From Planctomycetota bacterium (GTDB lineage: Bacteria > Planctomycetota > B15-G4 > SIAN01): 24,000 bases of DNA. Shown piece after piece: positions 1-9,015 of this stretch; the first letter of the stretch is position 1; the number at the start of each line of letters is the position of its first letter. The translations under genes were made by a program, and so were the position numbers. The notes under the pieces were generated by a model. That model was given only the letters and a program-made list of their open reading frames with translations, did no database searches and had not been told where the DNA came from. The DNA is taken from contig DASRRB010000351.1 of NCBI GenBank assembly GCA_035695985.1, forward strand, positions 7,501-31,500. The letters run 5' to 3'.

Positions 1-1
1 C

Positions 2-1003
2 GGGGAGAACCGCCTCCTGGTGCGCCACGGCCTGAAGCAGCTCGAGTCGACCTCCCTGCCGGGGCTGCGCGCGCTGCGCCGCGCCGCCGGCCTCGACGGC
101 CGCGCGCTCGAGGCGGAGGACGTCTCCTTCGGCTTCGCGCCGCGCCTCAACGCCGCCGGCCGGCTCGGCCGCGTCGACGTGGCGCGGCGGCTGCTCATGA
201 CGGGCGACGACGCGGAGGCGCGCCGCCTCGCCGACGATCTCGAGTCGATGAACCAGCAGCGCCGCACGATCGAGGGGCGCGTCTTCGAGCTCGCGCGGCA
301 GCGCCTCGCCGAATGGCCGAAGGACGCGCCGGTGGTCGTGCTGAGCGACGAGGGCTTCCACGCCGGCGTGATCGGCATCGTGGCGGCGAAGCTGGTCGGG
401 CTCACCGGCAAGCCGGTGCTGCTGATCTCGACCGCCGGGGCGGTCGCGCGCGGCTCGGGCCGCTCGGTGCCCGGATTCGACCTGGCCCGCGCGCTCTCCC
501 GGGCGAGCGACCTCGTGCTCTCTTGCGGCGGTCACGCGGCGGCGGCGGGGCTCGAGATGGAGCCGGCGCGCGTCGACGCGCTGGCGCGACGCCTCGCCGA
601 GAACGCCGCGCAGGACTTCAAGGACCCGGCGCCGCCGACGCTGCAGATCGACTCCGAGGTGCTGCTGCACGAGATGCACCCGCGCCTGCTCGACGAGCTG
701 CGCCGGCTCGGGCCGTGGGGCGAGGGCCATCCGCAGCCGGTCTTCGCCGCGAGCGACGTCGAGCTGGCGGCGCCGCCGCGCCGCGTCGGCAAGGACGGCG
801 GCCACCTGCAGCTGCGCCTGAAGAACGGCGCGAAGAGCCTCCCCGCCATCGCCTTCGGCTTCGGGGCGCAGGCGGAGAGCGTCGCCAACGGCCGCCTCTC
901 CCTCGCCTTCACTCCGCGCCCGTCGACCTACGCCGGCCCCGCCGTCGTCGAATTGGTGGTCGCCGACCTCAAGAGCGCGAGCGCGGCGGAAGCGGCGACG
1001 TAG
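2..1003 (+). CDS. recJ: Single-stranded-DNA-specific exonuclease RecJ, C-terminal part (5' end lies outside the window)
   Basis: The reading frame is open from the window edge (frame 2; the track's GTG at 20 is internal). The translation has RecJ hallmarks: FAPRLNAAGRLG, a DHHA1-type motif SCGGHAAAAGLEM, and a C-terminal OB-like region. Stop codon at 1001-1003. Confidence 0.85.
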   Translation, partial: GENRLLVRHGLKQLESTSLPGLRALRRAAGLDGRALEAEDVSFGFAPRLNAAGRLGRVDVARRLLMTGDDAEARRLADDLESMNQQRRTIEGRVFELARQRLAEWPKDAPVVVLSDEGFHAGVIGIVAAKLVGLTGKPVLLISTAGAVARGSGRSVPGFDLARALSRASDLVLSCGGHAAAAGLEMEPARVDALARRLAENAAQDFKDPAPPTLQIDSEVLLHEMHPRLLDELRRLGPWGEGHPQPVFAASDVELAAPPRRVGKDGGHLQLRLKNGAKSLPAIAFGFGAQAESVANGRLSLAFTPRPSTYAGPAVVELVVADLKSASAAEAAT

Positions 1004-1026
1004 GACGCGGACTCGGCGCGCGCCGC

Positions 1027-1881
1027 TCAGCTCCAGATCTCGACCTCGAGCTCGAGCTCGACTCCGCAAGCGTCGCGCACGCGGTCGCGCACGATGCCGA
1101 TCAGCTCGAGGAAGTCGCGTCCGGTCGCGCCGCCGACGTTCACGAAGTAGTTGGCGTGCACCGGCGAGACGAGCGCCCCGCCCACGCGCGTCCCCTTGAG
1201 GCCCGCCTGGTCGATCAGCCGTCCCGCCGGCCGCTCGGGCGAGGGGTTGCGGAAGATGCAGCCGGCCGAGGGGAGGTTCAGCGGCTGGGTCGTCTTCTTG
1301 TGCCGCATCACCTCGGCGATCCGGTCGAGCGGCCGCGTCGCTGTTGCCGTCGTAGGCGCCGGCGCGAGCTCGACCTTCGCCGAGAGGACCACGTCGTCCC
1401 AGAACGGGCTCTTGCGGTAGACGAAGTCGGCGGGCGAGACGTCGCGCGTGACGCGCGTGCCGTTCGGCGCGAGCAGGGTGACCTCGCGCAGCACCGCGCC
1501 GATCGTCCCCCACTTGCCGCCGGCGTTGATGCGGATGGCGGCGCCGACCGTGCCCGGCACGCCGGCGCAGCACTCGAGCCCGGTGAGCCCGCGCCGCGCC
1601 GACTCGTGGACGATCCGGCCGAGCTGCGCTCCCGCTTCCACCTGCCAGAGCGTGTCGGTGAGGCGCGTCGTGCCGCGCAGCGCGCCCGTCCGCACCACCG
1701 GCTCGGCGAGCACGCCCTCGAGCGCCACGATGTTGCTGCCGCCGCCGAGCAGGCGCGGCGAGCGGCCGCGCGCGCGCAGCCGGTCGAGCGTCGCGACCAG
1801 CTCGTCGAGCGAAGCGGGGTCGTGGACCTCGCCGGCCGTCCCGCCGACGCGCGCCGTCAGCGTGCGCGAGAGGTCAAGCAA
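1027..1881 (-). CDS. murB: UDP-N-acetylenolpyruvoylglucosamine reductase MurB (short form, 284 aa)
   Basis: MurB motifs RLLGGGSNIV, AGVPGTVGAAIRINAGG, SAGCIFRNP and HANYFVN. The TTG start at 1881 overlaps the murC stop (1874-1876) by 8 nt. Last gene of the dcw operon. Confidence 0.9.
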   Translation of the reverse strand: MLDLSRTLTARVGGTAGEVHDPASLDELVATLDRLRARGRSPRLLGGGSNIVALEGVLAEPVVRTGALRGTTRLTDTLWQVEAGAQLGRIVHESARRGLTGLECCAGVPGTVGAAIRINAGGKWGTIGAVLREVTLLAPNGTRVTRDVSPADFVYRKSPFWDDVVLSAKVELAPAPTTATATRPLDRIAEVMRHKKTTQPLNLPSAGCIFRNPSPERPAGRLIDQAGLKGTRVGGALVSPVHANYFVNVGGATGRDFLELIGIVRDRVRDACGVELELEVEIWS

Positions 1882-3364
1882 CGCCCGCCTCCCGCGTCGC
1901 GCCGCGCAGCTCCTCGGCGAGGTCGTCGATGTCGCCGGCGCCCATCAGCACGACGACGTCGCCCTCCCGCGCGAGGCCGCGCACCGTCGCGAAGACGTCG
2001 TCGAGGCCGTGCGCGCGCACCGGCGTGCGGCCGCGGCCGGCGATCGCCTCGAGCAGGCGCGCCGTCTCCTGCTCGACCCCCTCCTGCGACTCGCGCACGC
2101 TGAAGATGTTGGGGACGACCACCTCGTCGAAGAGCGCCAGCTCGCGCGCGAACTCGGAGCGGAAGTCGCGGGTGCGGCTCGCCTGGTGGGGCTGGAAGAC
2201 GACGATCAGCCGCCGGACTGGATGGGAAGCGCGCAATGCCAGTCGCACCGCGCGGATCTCGGTCGGGTGGTGCGCGTAGTCGGAGAGGAAGTGGACGCCG
2301 CCGCGCGTGCCGAGCGACTCGAGGCGGCGCCGCACGCCGCGCGCGGCGCGGATCGTCGCCTCGATCGCGTCCGGCGCGACGCCGAGCGCGAGCGCCGCGG
2401 TCGCGGCGAGCGCGGCGTTGACGAGGTTGTGGTCGCCCGGCAGCGCGGGGGCGAGCTCGAGCGGCGCGCGGCCGCGCATCTCGAGCCGTCCGCGCCGCGG
2501 TCCTTCGCCCGTCTCGCGAGGGACGATGCGCGCGTCGGCGTCCGCCGACTCGCCGACCACCAGCACGCGCCCGCCGACGACGGCGAGGTCGATCTGGCGC
2601 GCCGCCGACTCGTGCAGCACGGCGCAGCCGTCGCGGCGCACGTTGCGCAGGAAGTCCTCGAACGCGCGCACGACGTTCTCGTGGGTGCCGAAGTAGTCGA
2701 GGTGGTCGGGCTCGACGTTGGTCACCAGCGCGAGGTGCGGCTGGAAGTTGGTGAAGCTGCGGTCGTACTCGCACGCCTCGACGACGAACTCCTCGCCGCG
2801 GCCGGCGCGGCCCGGCAGCTCCCACGCGAGCGGGAAGCCGCCGACCACCGCGCTCGGGTCGCGGCCCCCCGCGATCAGGAGCTCGGCGAGCAGCGTGGTC
2901 GTCGTCGTCTTGCCGTGCGTGCCGGCCACCGCGACGCAGCGGCGTCTCCGCGTCTCGTCGCCGAGGAACTGGGCGTACTTGCGGGTCGGGATCTCGCGCG
3001 CCGCCGCGCCGGCGAGCTCGGGATGGTCGGCGCCGGCGGCGGCCGTGTGGATCAGCGAGTCGGCACCGCCGTGGAGGTGGGCCGCGTCGTGGCCGATCTC
3101 GATCCGGGCCCCGTGCGCGCGCAGGAGCTTCAGCAGCGCGCCGTCCTTCTGGTCGCAGCCCGAGACGTCGTCGCCCCGGCCGAGCAGGTACGCGGCGAGC
3201 GACGCCATGCCGCTGCCGCCGATGCCGACGAGGTGGAGCCGGCGCGCGCCGACCTCCGCCGCCGCGGTCCCCGTCCCCGAACCGACCACGCTCCCTCCCG
3301 CCGCGCCGCCGCGCGCCCCGCCCCGCTCTCGATTCAGACCGTCCCCTGCGCCCCGGCCCGCCAT
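1874..3364 (-). CDS. murC: UDP-N-acetylmuramate--L-alanine ligase MurC
   Basis: N-terminal Rossmann motif HLVGIGGSGMASLAAYLL and Mur-ligase P-loop VAVAGTHGKTTTTTLLAELL. The ATG at 3364 overlaps murG by 31 nt. An alternative GTG at 3289 (preceded by GGGAGGGAG) gives an N-terminus of more typical length. The rest of track ORF 1874..4270 reads through murG out of frame. Confidence 0.9.
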   Translation of the reverse strand: MAGRGAGDGLNRERGGARGGAAGGSVVGSGTGTAAAEVGARRLHLVGIGGSGMASLAAYLLGRGDDVSGCDQKDGALLKLLRAHGARIEIGHDAAHLHGGADSLIHTAAAGADHPELAGAAAREIPTRKYAQFLGDETRRRRCVAVAGTHGKTTTTTLLAELLIAGGRDPSAVVGGFPLAWELPGRAGRGEEFVVEACEYDRSFTNFQPHLALVTNVEPDHLDYFGTHENVVRAFEDFLRNVRRDGCAVLHESAARQIDLAVVGGRVLVVGESADADARIVPRETGEGPRRGRLEMRGRAPLELAPALPGDHNLVNAALAATAALALGVAPDAIEATIRAARGVRRRLESLGTRGGVHFLSDYAHHPTEIRAVRLALRASHPVRRLIVVFQPHQASRTRDFRSEFARELALFDEVVVPNIFSVRESQEGVEQETARLLEAIAGRGRTPVRAHGLDDVFATVRGLAREGDVVVLMGAGDIDDLAEELRGATREAGVA

Positions 3365-4479
3365 TGTGCCTCGACCGCCGGCGCATCGGTCGGGATCTCG
3401 AGGTCGAGCAGCCGCTCGATCTCCTCGACGATCCGCCGGGTCGAGTCGCGCCGCGACAGCGACAGCGCGATGCGGCCGCGCCGCTCGAGGTCCTCGAGGT
3501 CGGCGAGCCGCGGCAGCACGTGGCGCTGCACGAAGTCGTCGCCCGACTCGCTCTCGCGCACCATCCAGGCGGCGCCGGCGTCGGCGAGCATGCCGGCGTT
3601 GCGCTCCTGGTGCAGATCGTCGTGGTGCGGATAGGGGACGACCAGCGCCGCGCGCCCCGCCGCCGCGATCTCGGCCACCGTCATCCCGCCGCCGCGCGCG
3701 ACGATCAGGTCGGAGGCGGCGTAGAGCGTCCCCATCTCGTCGCTGAAGGGGAGCACGCGCGCGTCGACGCCCGCCATCGCGTAGGCGTGGTGCACGCGCT
3801 CTTCGTCGCGGGTGCCGGTCACGTGCACGAGGGTCAGCGGCGCCGCCGCGGCGAGCGCCGCCGCGCCCGCGATCATGCGCTCGTTGATCGCCTGCGCGCC
3901 GAGGCTCCCGCCGAGCACGAGCAGGACGCGCCGGTGCTCGTTCAGGCGCAGGCGCGCGCGCGCCTCGCGCTTGCCCGGCAGCACGTCGAACTTGAGCGGC
4001 ATGCCGGTGACGGCGACGCGCGCGGCCGGCAGGTGGCCGTCGGGCGCCGGCTCCCACTGCGTGAAGATCCGCTTCGCGAACGGCGCGGCGAGGCGGACCG
4101 AGCGGCCGGGCAGCGCGTTCGACTCGAGGATCACCATCGGGACGCGCAGCCGCGCGAGGCGCGCGATGAAGGCGACGTAGCCGCCGAGGAAGACGAGCAG
4201 GTCGGGCGAGAGCTCGGCGAGCACGCGCGACGCGCTCCAGAAGGCGCGCACGTAGAGGTCGGCGCGCCACGGCGCCGGGCGCGAGCCCATGCCGGGGAAG
4301 AGCTCGAGGCAGGTCGCCTCGGGCGGGACGAAGTTCTTCTCGACCTCGCGGCCGGCGATCAGGAACTCGGCGCGCCAGTCGGGATGGCGGCGCAGGAGGG
4401 CGTCGCGCAGGACGACGCCGGGCTGGAGGTGCCCGCCCGTCCCACCGCCGACGAACACCAGCGTGCGCGCGTGCGCCAT
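3334..4479 (-). CDS. murG: Lipid II synthase MurG (UDP-GlcNAc:undecaprenyl-PP-MurNAc-pentapeptide GlcNAc transferase)
   Basis: N-terminal G-loop LVFVGGGTGGHLQPGVVL, then LVLGGSLGAQAINE and the C-terminal VVPYPHHDDLHQERNA. The ATG at 4479 shares one base with the stop of the upstream LysM gene (TGATG). 381 aa. Confidence 0.9.
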   Translation of the reverse strand: MAHARTLVFVGGGTGGHLQPGVVLRDALLRRHPDWRAEFLIAGREVEKNFVPPEATCLELFPGMGSRPAPWRADLYVRAFWSASRVLAELSPDLLVFLGGYVAFIARLARLRVPMVILESNALPGRSVRLAAPFAKRIFTQWEPAPDGHLPAARVAVTGMPLKFDVLPGKREARARLRLNEHRRVLLVLGGSLGAQAINERMIAGAAALAAAAPLTLVHVTGTRDEERVHHAYAMAGVDARVLPFSDEMGTLYAASDLIVARGGGMTVAEIAAAGRAALVVPYPHHDDLHQERNAGMLADAGAAWMVRESESGDDFVQRHVLPRLADLEDLERRGRIALSLSRRDSTRRIVEEIERLLDLEIPTDAPAVEAQWRAGAQGTV

Positions 4480-5255
4480 CAGGGGATCCGGATCTTGCTG
4501 CCCGCCTTCAAGTCGCTCGGCGCGCGCAGCTGGTCGCGGTTCGCCTGGAACAGGTCGATCCAGCGCGCGCGATCGCCGTAGTAGCGTTCGGCGATCGACT
4601 GCAGCGTATCGTCCGCGACGACTTCGTGAAGCCGTGTCGTCGTCGCCTCGCGGGACGGCGCGACGCGCGCCGGCGGCGGGAGCTTGAGTTCCTGTCGGGG
4701 TTTGAGCCGTTTCGGGTCGACGCCGGGGTTCCACTGGATCAGCGTGCGCCACTGGTTGGCGTCGCCGAGCTCGCGCGCGGCGATCTTCTGCAGCGAGTCG
4801 CCCTTCTGCACCACGACGACGCGCGGCTCGCAGGTCGAGCCCGGCGGCGGCGGCGCGAGCGGCGCCGGCTTGCCGGCCAGGCGCACCGGCGGCTCGAAGA
4901 AGTCGAAGTCGGCGCGGTGCGCCTCGGCGCGCGCGGGGCGGACCTTGGTCGCGGGGGCGGGCGCGGCGGGAGGGACCTCGCCGCCGCCGGGGGCGTCGAC
5001 GCGGCGCACGTCAGTGCTGCGCACGTCGCCGCTGCGCGCGAGCGCGGCGGGCGGCCGCTCCGGGATCTCGACCGGCGCGCCGGCGAGGCGGTCGCTCGCG
5101 AAGGCGACCGAGCGGAACGGCGGCGTCCTCCCCTGCACCGCGTGGAGCAGGCAGGCGACGCCGAGCACCAAGGCGGCGGCGAGCGCGAGGACGCCGTAGC
5201 GCTCGAGGTCGCCGAGCTCGAAGGGAAGTCCGGAACGACTGGGGCGACGCTTCAT
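4479..5255 (-). CDS. Bitopic membrane protein with two C-terminal LysM (peptidoglycan-binding) repeats; function unknown
   Basis: ATG at 5255 with GAGGAG 7 nt upstream. The protein has a basic N-terminus (MKRRPSRSG), one TM helix (YGVLALAAALVLGVACLLHAV) and a Pro/Ala-rich linker. Two LysM-like repeats follow: VVVVQKGDSLQKIAARELGDANQWRTLIQWNPG...LKLP and HEVVADDTLQSIAERYYGDRARWIDLFQANRD...KIRIP. Amino-acid composition is balanced, unlike the overlapping plus-strand ORFs. Confidence 0.8.
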   Translation of the reverse strand: MKRRPSRSGLPFELGDLERYGVLALAAALVLGVACLLHAVQGRTPPFRSVAFASDRLAGAPVEIPERPPAALARSGDVRSTDVRRVDAPGGGEVPPAAPAPATKVRPARAEAHRADFDFFEPPVRLAGKPAPLAPPPPGSTCEPRVVVVQKGDSLQKIAARELGDANQWRTLIQWNPGVDPKRLKPRQELKLPPPARVAPSREATTTRLHEVVADDTLQSIAERYYGDRARWIDLFQANRDQLRAPSDLKAGSKIRIP

Positions 5256-5265
5256 GCGCGGCTCC

Positions 5266-6498
5266 TCATGCGGTGGCCCCGGCCGGGCCGCCGTCGACGC
5301 CGAGCTCGGGCGACTCGAGATCGCTGTGGCGCGCGACGCTCAGCACCAGGCCGACGCCCAGGCAGAGCACCGCGAGCGACGAGCCGCCGGAGCTGACGAA
5401 CGGCAGCGGGATCCCCTTGACCGGCGCCCAGCGCACGGCGACGAACACGTTCATCAGCGCCTGCATCGCGATCGTGATGAGCACTCCCGCCGTCAGGAAG
5501 AAGCCGAAGCGGTGGCGTACTCCGAGGAGCACGCGCCTCCCGCTCCACAGCAGGAGCGCGAAGAGGAAGACGACGACCGTCGTGCCCACGAATCCCAATT
5601 CCTCCCCCACCACGCTCAGGATGAAGTCGTTCTCGCTCTCGGAGAGAAAAAAGAGCTTGTGGCGGCCGGCGCCCAGTCCGACGCCCACCACGCCGCCCAC
5701 GTGCAGCGCCGACTCGGCGTAGTCGATCTGCTGGAGCGGCCCGGTCGCGACCGGCGCGGCGTGCGCGTGGTGGTCGAGGAAGGTGCCGAAACGGTTGAAG
5801 ATGTACTGCGTGTTCTTGTTGGCCCAGAGGAAGCCGAGCGCCGGCCCGCCGCCCAGCACCAGCAGCAGCACGAGATGGCGCACGCGCGCGCCGGCGAGCA
5901 GCAGCAGCAGGAAGCCGAGCGCCGCCAGCAGCACGAAGGTCCCGAAGTCGGTCTCCAGCAGGATCAGCGCGCCGGGGACGAGGATCGCGGCGGCGGCCGG
6001 CAGGAACGTGCGGCGGAAGTCGGCGCCGACGTCGGGCGTGCGCGCGATGTAGGCGGCGAGGAAGACGATCAGCGCGAGCTTCGCGAGTTCCGACGGCTGC
6101 AGCGCGAAGCCGATCAGGGGCGCGGTCGCCATCCAGCGCTTGGAACCGTTCACCTCCAGCCCGATCTTCGGGAGGAGGACCAGCGCGAGCAGCGCCAGCG
6201 CGACCACGTAGAAGTGCCACGAGTGGCGCAGGATGCGGCGCAGGTCGAGGCGCGACGCGACGAACATGAGCGCGAGCCCGACCCCCACCTTCTTCAGGTG
6301 GCTGATCAGCGGCGACCACGACGTGACGCCGGCGTGCCCCCCCTCGGCCGCCTCGACGGCCGCGGCGCTCCACACCATCACCGTGCCCAGGGAGAGCAGG
6401 ATCAGGACGCACGCGAGCAGCGTGAATGCGCTGCGCTCGAGCTCGTGCGGCTCGGTGTAGGTCTCGTCGATCGCGGTCACGGTGCCGGTCGCGTCCAA
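5266..6498 (-). CDS. ftsW: SEDS-family peptidoglycan glycosyltransferase FtsW (FtsW/RodA family), about 410 aa
   Basis: Multi-pass membrane protein with SEDS-like segments (PSELAKLALIVFLAAYIA, ESENDFILSVVGEELGFVGT, KGIPLPFVSSGGSS) at the dcw position of ftsW. The TTG start at 6498 is preceded by GAGGGGGA and lies 11 nt after the mraY stop. The longer track ORF (to 7212) reads out of frame through mraY. Confidence 0.85.
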   Translation of the reverse strand: MDATGTVTAIDETYTEPHELERSAFTLLACVLILLSLGTVMVWSAAAVEAAEGGHAGVTSWSPLISHLKKVGVGLALMFVASRLDLRRILRHSWHFYVVALALLALVLLPKIGLEVNGSKRWMATAPLIGFALQPSELAKLALIVFLAAYIARTPDVGADFRRTFLPAAAAILVPGALILLETDFGTFVLLAALGFLLLLLAGARVRHLVLLLVLGGGPALGFLWANKNTQYIFNRFGTFLDHHAHAAPVATGPLQQIDYAESALHVGGVVGVGLGAGRHKLFFLSESENDFILSVVGEELGFVGTTVVVFLFALLLWSGRRVLLGVRHRFGFFLTAGVLITIAMQALMNVFVAVRWAPVKGIPLPFVSSGGSSLAVLCLGVGLVLSVARHSDLESPELGVDGGPAGATA

Positions 6499-6509
6499 TC
6501 CCGTCCCCC

Positions 6510-7625
6510 TCAGCCGAACTTGAGCGTCGCGAGCCCGCACAGCGCGCAGAGCGCCGCGCAGATCCAGAAGCGGACGACGATCGTCACCTCGTGCATGCCG
6601 CCGAACTGGAAGTGGTGGTGCAGCGGCGCGCAGCGGAAGATCCGCCGGCCGGTCGACTTGAACGACGCGACCTGCAGGATCACGGAGAGCGCCTCGGCCA
6701 CGAAGACGCCGCCGACGATCGGCAGGACGAGCTCTTGCTTGGCGACGATCGCGATGTACGCGAGCAGCCCGCCCAGCGCGAGCGAGCCGGTGTCGCCGAG
6801 GAAGACCTTGGCCGGGAAGGCGTTGAACCAGAGGAAGGCGAGCGCGGTGCCGGCGAGCGCGGCGGCGACGATCGCCATCTCCTGCGCGCCGCGCACGTAG
6901 CGCGTCGAGAGGTGGCCGACGTAGTCGGGCCGGCCGACGGCGAACGCGATGCCCGCGAACGCGGCCGCCGCGAAGATCACGCAGCCGGGCGCGAGCCCGT
7001 CGAGGCCGTCGGTCAGGTTCACCGCGTTGCTGGTCGCGACCATGATCCCGGCCGCGCACGCCACGAACGGCCAGCCGCCCGCCCACGACAGGTCGAGCGA
7101 CGCGTTCGTGAACGGGACGGAGAGCGAGAGGAGCTGCTTCAGGTCGCTCCCGGTCGCGCGCGCCTTCATCGTGACGACGAGCGAGATCGCGAGCGCCACC
7201 GAGACGCCGCACTGGAGCGCGAACTTGCCGCGCCCCGAGATCCCGGACTTCCCGCGGCGGGTGAGCTTCAAGACGTCGTCGAAGGCGCCGATCAGGCAGA
7301 AGCCGACCGTGCCCAGCAGCGCGTTGGTCACGTACTGGTTCTGCAGGTTGCCGAAGACGGCGACCGCGAGCGCGAGCGGCGGCAGGAACATCACGCCGCC
7401 CATGGTCGGCGTGTCCTTCTTGCCCTTGCTCAGCTCGGCCAGCTTCTGCGAGTCGGTCTTCTCGGCGATGTCCTGGGTGCGGAAGCGCTTGAGCGTCCGC
7501 ACCACGATCGGGCCGATCACCATGCCGATCGCGAAGGCGGTCACGCCGGCGCCCGCCGTGCGCAGCAGGACGTTGGCGACCGCGTCGCCGGTGGAGCCGT
7601 CGAGCGGTTCAGCGGCCGGCAGCAA
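6510..7625 (-). CDS. mraY: Phospho-N-acetylmuramoyl-pentapeptide transferase MraY
   Basis: Motifs KKDTPTMGGVMFL, NAVNLTDGLDGLA, FLGDTGSLALGG and APLHHHFQ. The TTG start at 7625 overlaps the murF stop by 17 nt. Confidence 0.92.
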   Translation of the reverse strand: MLPAAEPLDGSTGDAVANVLLRTAGAGVTAFAIGMVIGPIVVRTLKRFRTQDIAEKTDSQKLAELSKGKKDTPTMGGVMFLPPLALAVAVFGNLQNQYVTNALLGTVGFCLIGAFDDVLKLTRRGKSGISGRGKFALQCGVSVALAISLVVTMKARATGSDLKQLLSLSVPFTNASLDLSWAGGWPFVACAAGIMVATSNAVNLTDGLDGLAPGCVIFAAAAFAGIAFAVGRPDYVGHLSTRYVRGAQEMAIVAAALAGTALAFLWFNAFPAKVFLGDTGSLALGGLLAYIAIVAKQELVLPIVGGVFVAEALSVILQVASFKSTGRRIFRCAPLHHHFQFGGMHEVTIVVRFWICAALCALCGLATLKFG

Positions 7626-9015
7626 GAGCCGTCCCCGCGGTGCGCGCGAAGGCGCGCTCGATCGCCTCGACCACGCGCTCCATGGCCATGCCGCGCGAGC
7701 CCTTGACCAGCACGGCGTCGTCCGGCGCGAGGAGCGCCGGCACGGCGCGCGCCGCGCAGTCGGCGTCGTCGAAGACGGCGATGCGGCCGGGGTCGACGCC
7801 GCGCTCGAGCGCGCCCCCCGCGACGTCGCGCGCGTGCGGGCCGACCGCGATCAGGAGCGCGTCGCCGAGCAGGCTCGCGAGCGCGCCGGCGCGCCGGTGC
7901 TCGGCCGCGGCCTGCGCGCCGAGCTCGAGCATGTCGCCCAGGACCATCACGCGGCGCGCCTTCACCGTCGCCGCCGCCAGCGTGCGGAACGCCGCCTCGA
8001 CCGAGCCGGGGTTGGCGTTGTAGCTGTCGTCGATGAGGGTGAGCGCGCCGAGCAACTCGACCGCGAGCCGCATCGGCGGCCCGTGCGCGTGCCGCAGCGC
8101 GGCGATCGCCGCCGGGAGCGGCACGCCGACCGCGTCGGCCGCGGCCAGCGCCGCGAGCGAGTTGTAGACGTTGTGGCAGCCGCCGAGCGGGACGTGGACG
8201 CGCCGGCCGCGCAGCTTGTAGACGAGGCGGCGCAGGTCGAAGCGGATGTCGACGGCGGTGAAGTCGGCCGTCCGGCGCACGCCGAAGGTGACGACGCGGC
8301 AGCGGGCGCGCGCGCGGATCGCCTCGAACTTCGAGTCGTCGGCGTTGAGGATCGCGACGCCGTCGGGCGGCAGCGCGGCGATCAGCGCGCCCTTCTCGCG
8401 CGCGACGCCGTCGAGGTCGCCGAGGAATTCGACGTGGGCGGCCGCGCAGTTGGTGACGACGCCGACGTGCGGGCGGGCGAGGTCGGCGAGGCGCGCGATC
8501 TCGCCGGGGTGGTTGGTGCCGAGCTCGAGCGCGGCGAAGGCCGTCGCCGGCGTGATCTGGAGCAGCGTCAGCGGCAGCCCGACGTCGTTGTTGTAGGAGC
8601 GTTCCGAGGCGACCGCCGTCCCGCCCGCGGAGAGCGCGGCGTGCAGCAGGTCCTTGGTGGTCGTCTTGCCGTTGCTGCCGGTGATCGCGACGCGGCGCGC
8701 CGGCGAGCGCAGCGCGTGGAAGCGCGCCAGCTCCCCGAGCGCGCGGCGCGTGTCGGCCACGCGGATCTGCACCAGCGCCCCCGCCTGCTCCGGCGGGATG
8801 CAGCGCTCGACCAGGGCCGCGCGCGCGCCGCGGCGCGCCGCGTCGGCCAGGAAGTCGTGGGCGTCGAAGCGCTCGCCGCGCAGCGCGACGAAGAGGGAGC
8901 CGGGCGCGATCGCGCGCGTGTCGGTCGAGACGCCCGACAGGGAGAGCTCGGGCGCGCGGCCGCACGCCACGCCCCCCGTCGCCCGCATCACCTCGGTCAG
9001 CGCGAAAGCCGGCAC
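7609..9015 (-). CDS. murF: UDP-MurNAc-tripeptide--D-alanyl-D-alanine ligase MurF
   Basis: STDTRAIAPGSLFVALRGERFDAHDF and the P-loop ITGSNGKTTTKDLL. The GTG start at 9015 is preceded by AGGGAG and overlaps the murE end (8997) by 19 nt. The track ORF extension to 10032 is out-of-frame read-through of murE. Confidence 0.9.
   Translation of the reverse strand: MPAFALTEVMRATGGVACGRAPELSLSGVSTDTRAIAPGSLFVALRGERFDAHDFLADAARRGARAALVERCIPPEQAGALVQIRVADTRRALGELARFHALRSPARRVAITGSNGKTTTKDLLHAALSAGGTAVASERSYNNDVGLPLTLLQITPATAFAALELGTNHPGEIARLADLARPHVGVVTNCAAAHVEFLGDLDGVAREKGALIAALPPDGVAILNADDSKFEAIRARARCRVVTFGVRRTADFTAVDIRFDLRRLVYKLRGRRVHVPLGGCHNVYNSLAALAAADAVGVPLPAAIAALRHAHGPPMRLAVELLGALTLIDDSYNANPGSVEAAFRTLAAATVKARRVMVLGDMLELGAQAAAEHRRAGALASLLGDALLIAVGPHARDVAGGALERGVDPGRIAVFDDADCAARAVPALLAPDDAVLVKGSRGMAMERVVEAIERAFARTAGTALAAGR

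Noticed and set aside
1004-1026. 23-bp gap between the convergent recJ and murB stops, containing the palindrome GGCGCGCGCC
   Set aside because: The 10-bp self-complementary GC run has no loop or U-tract, so I cannot support a terminator call. It is noted only as an unusually tight convergent junction.
313-3634. Overlapping plus- and minus-strand ORFs (313..2103, 1448..3634, 1857..3386 and 2718..3746, which extends to 3746) across recJ/murB/murC
   Set aside because: All are Arg/Pro/Ala-dominated and out of frame with, or antisense to, genes carrying diagnostic RecJ/MurB/MurC motifs.
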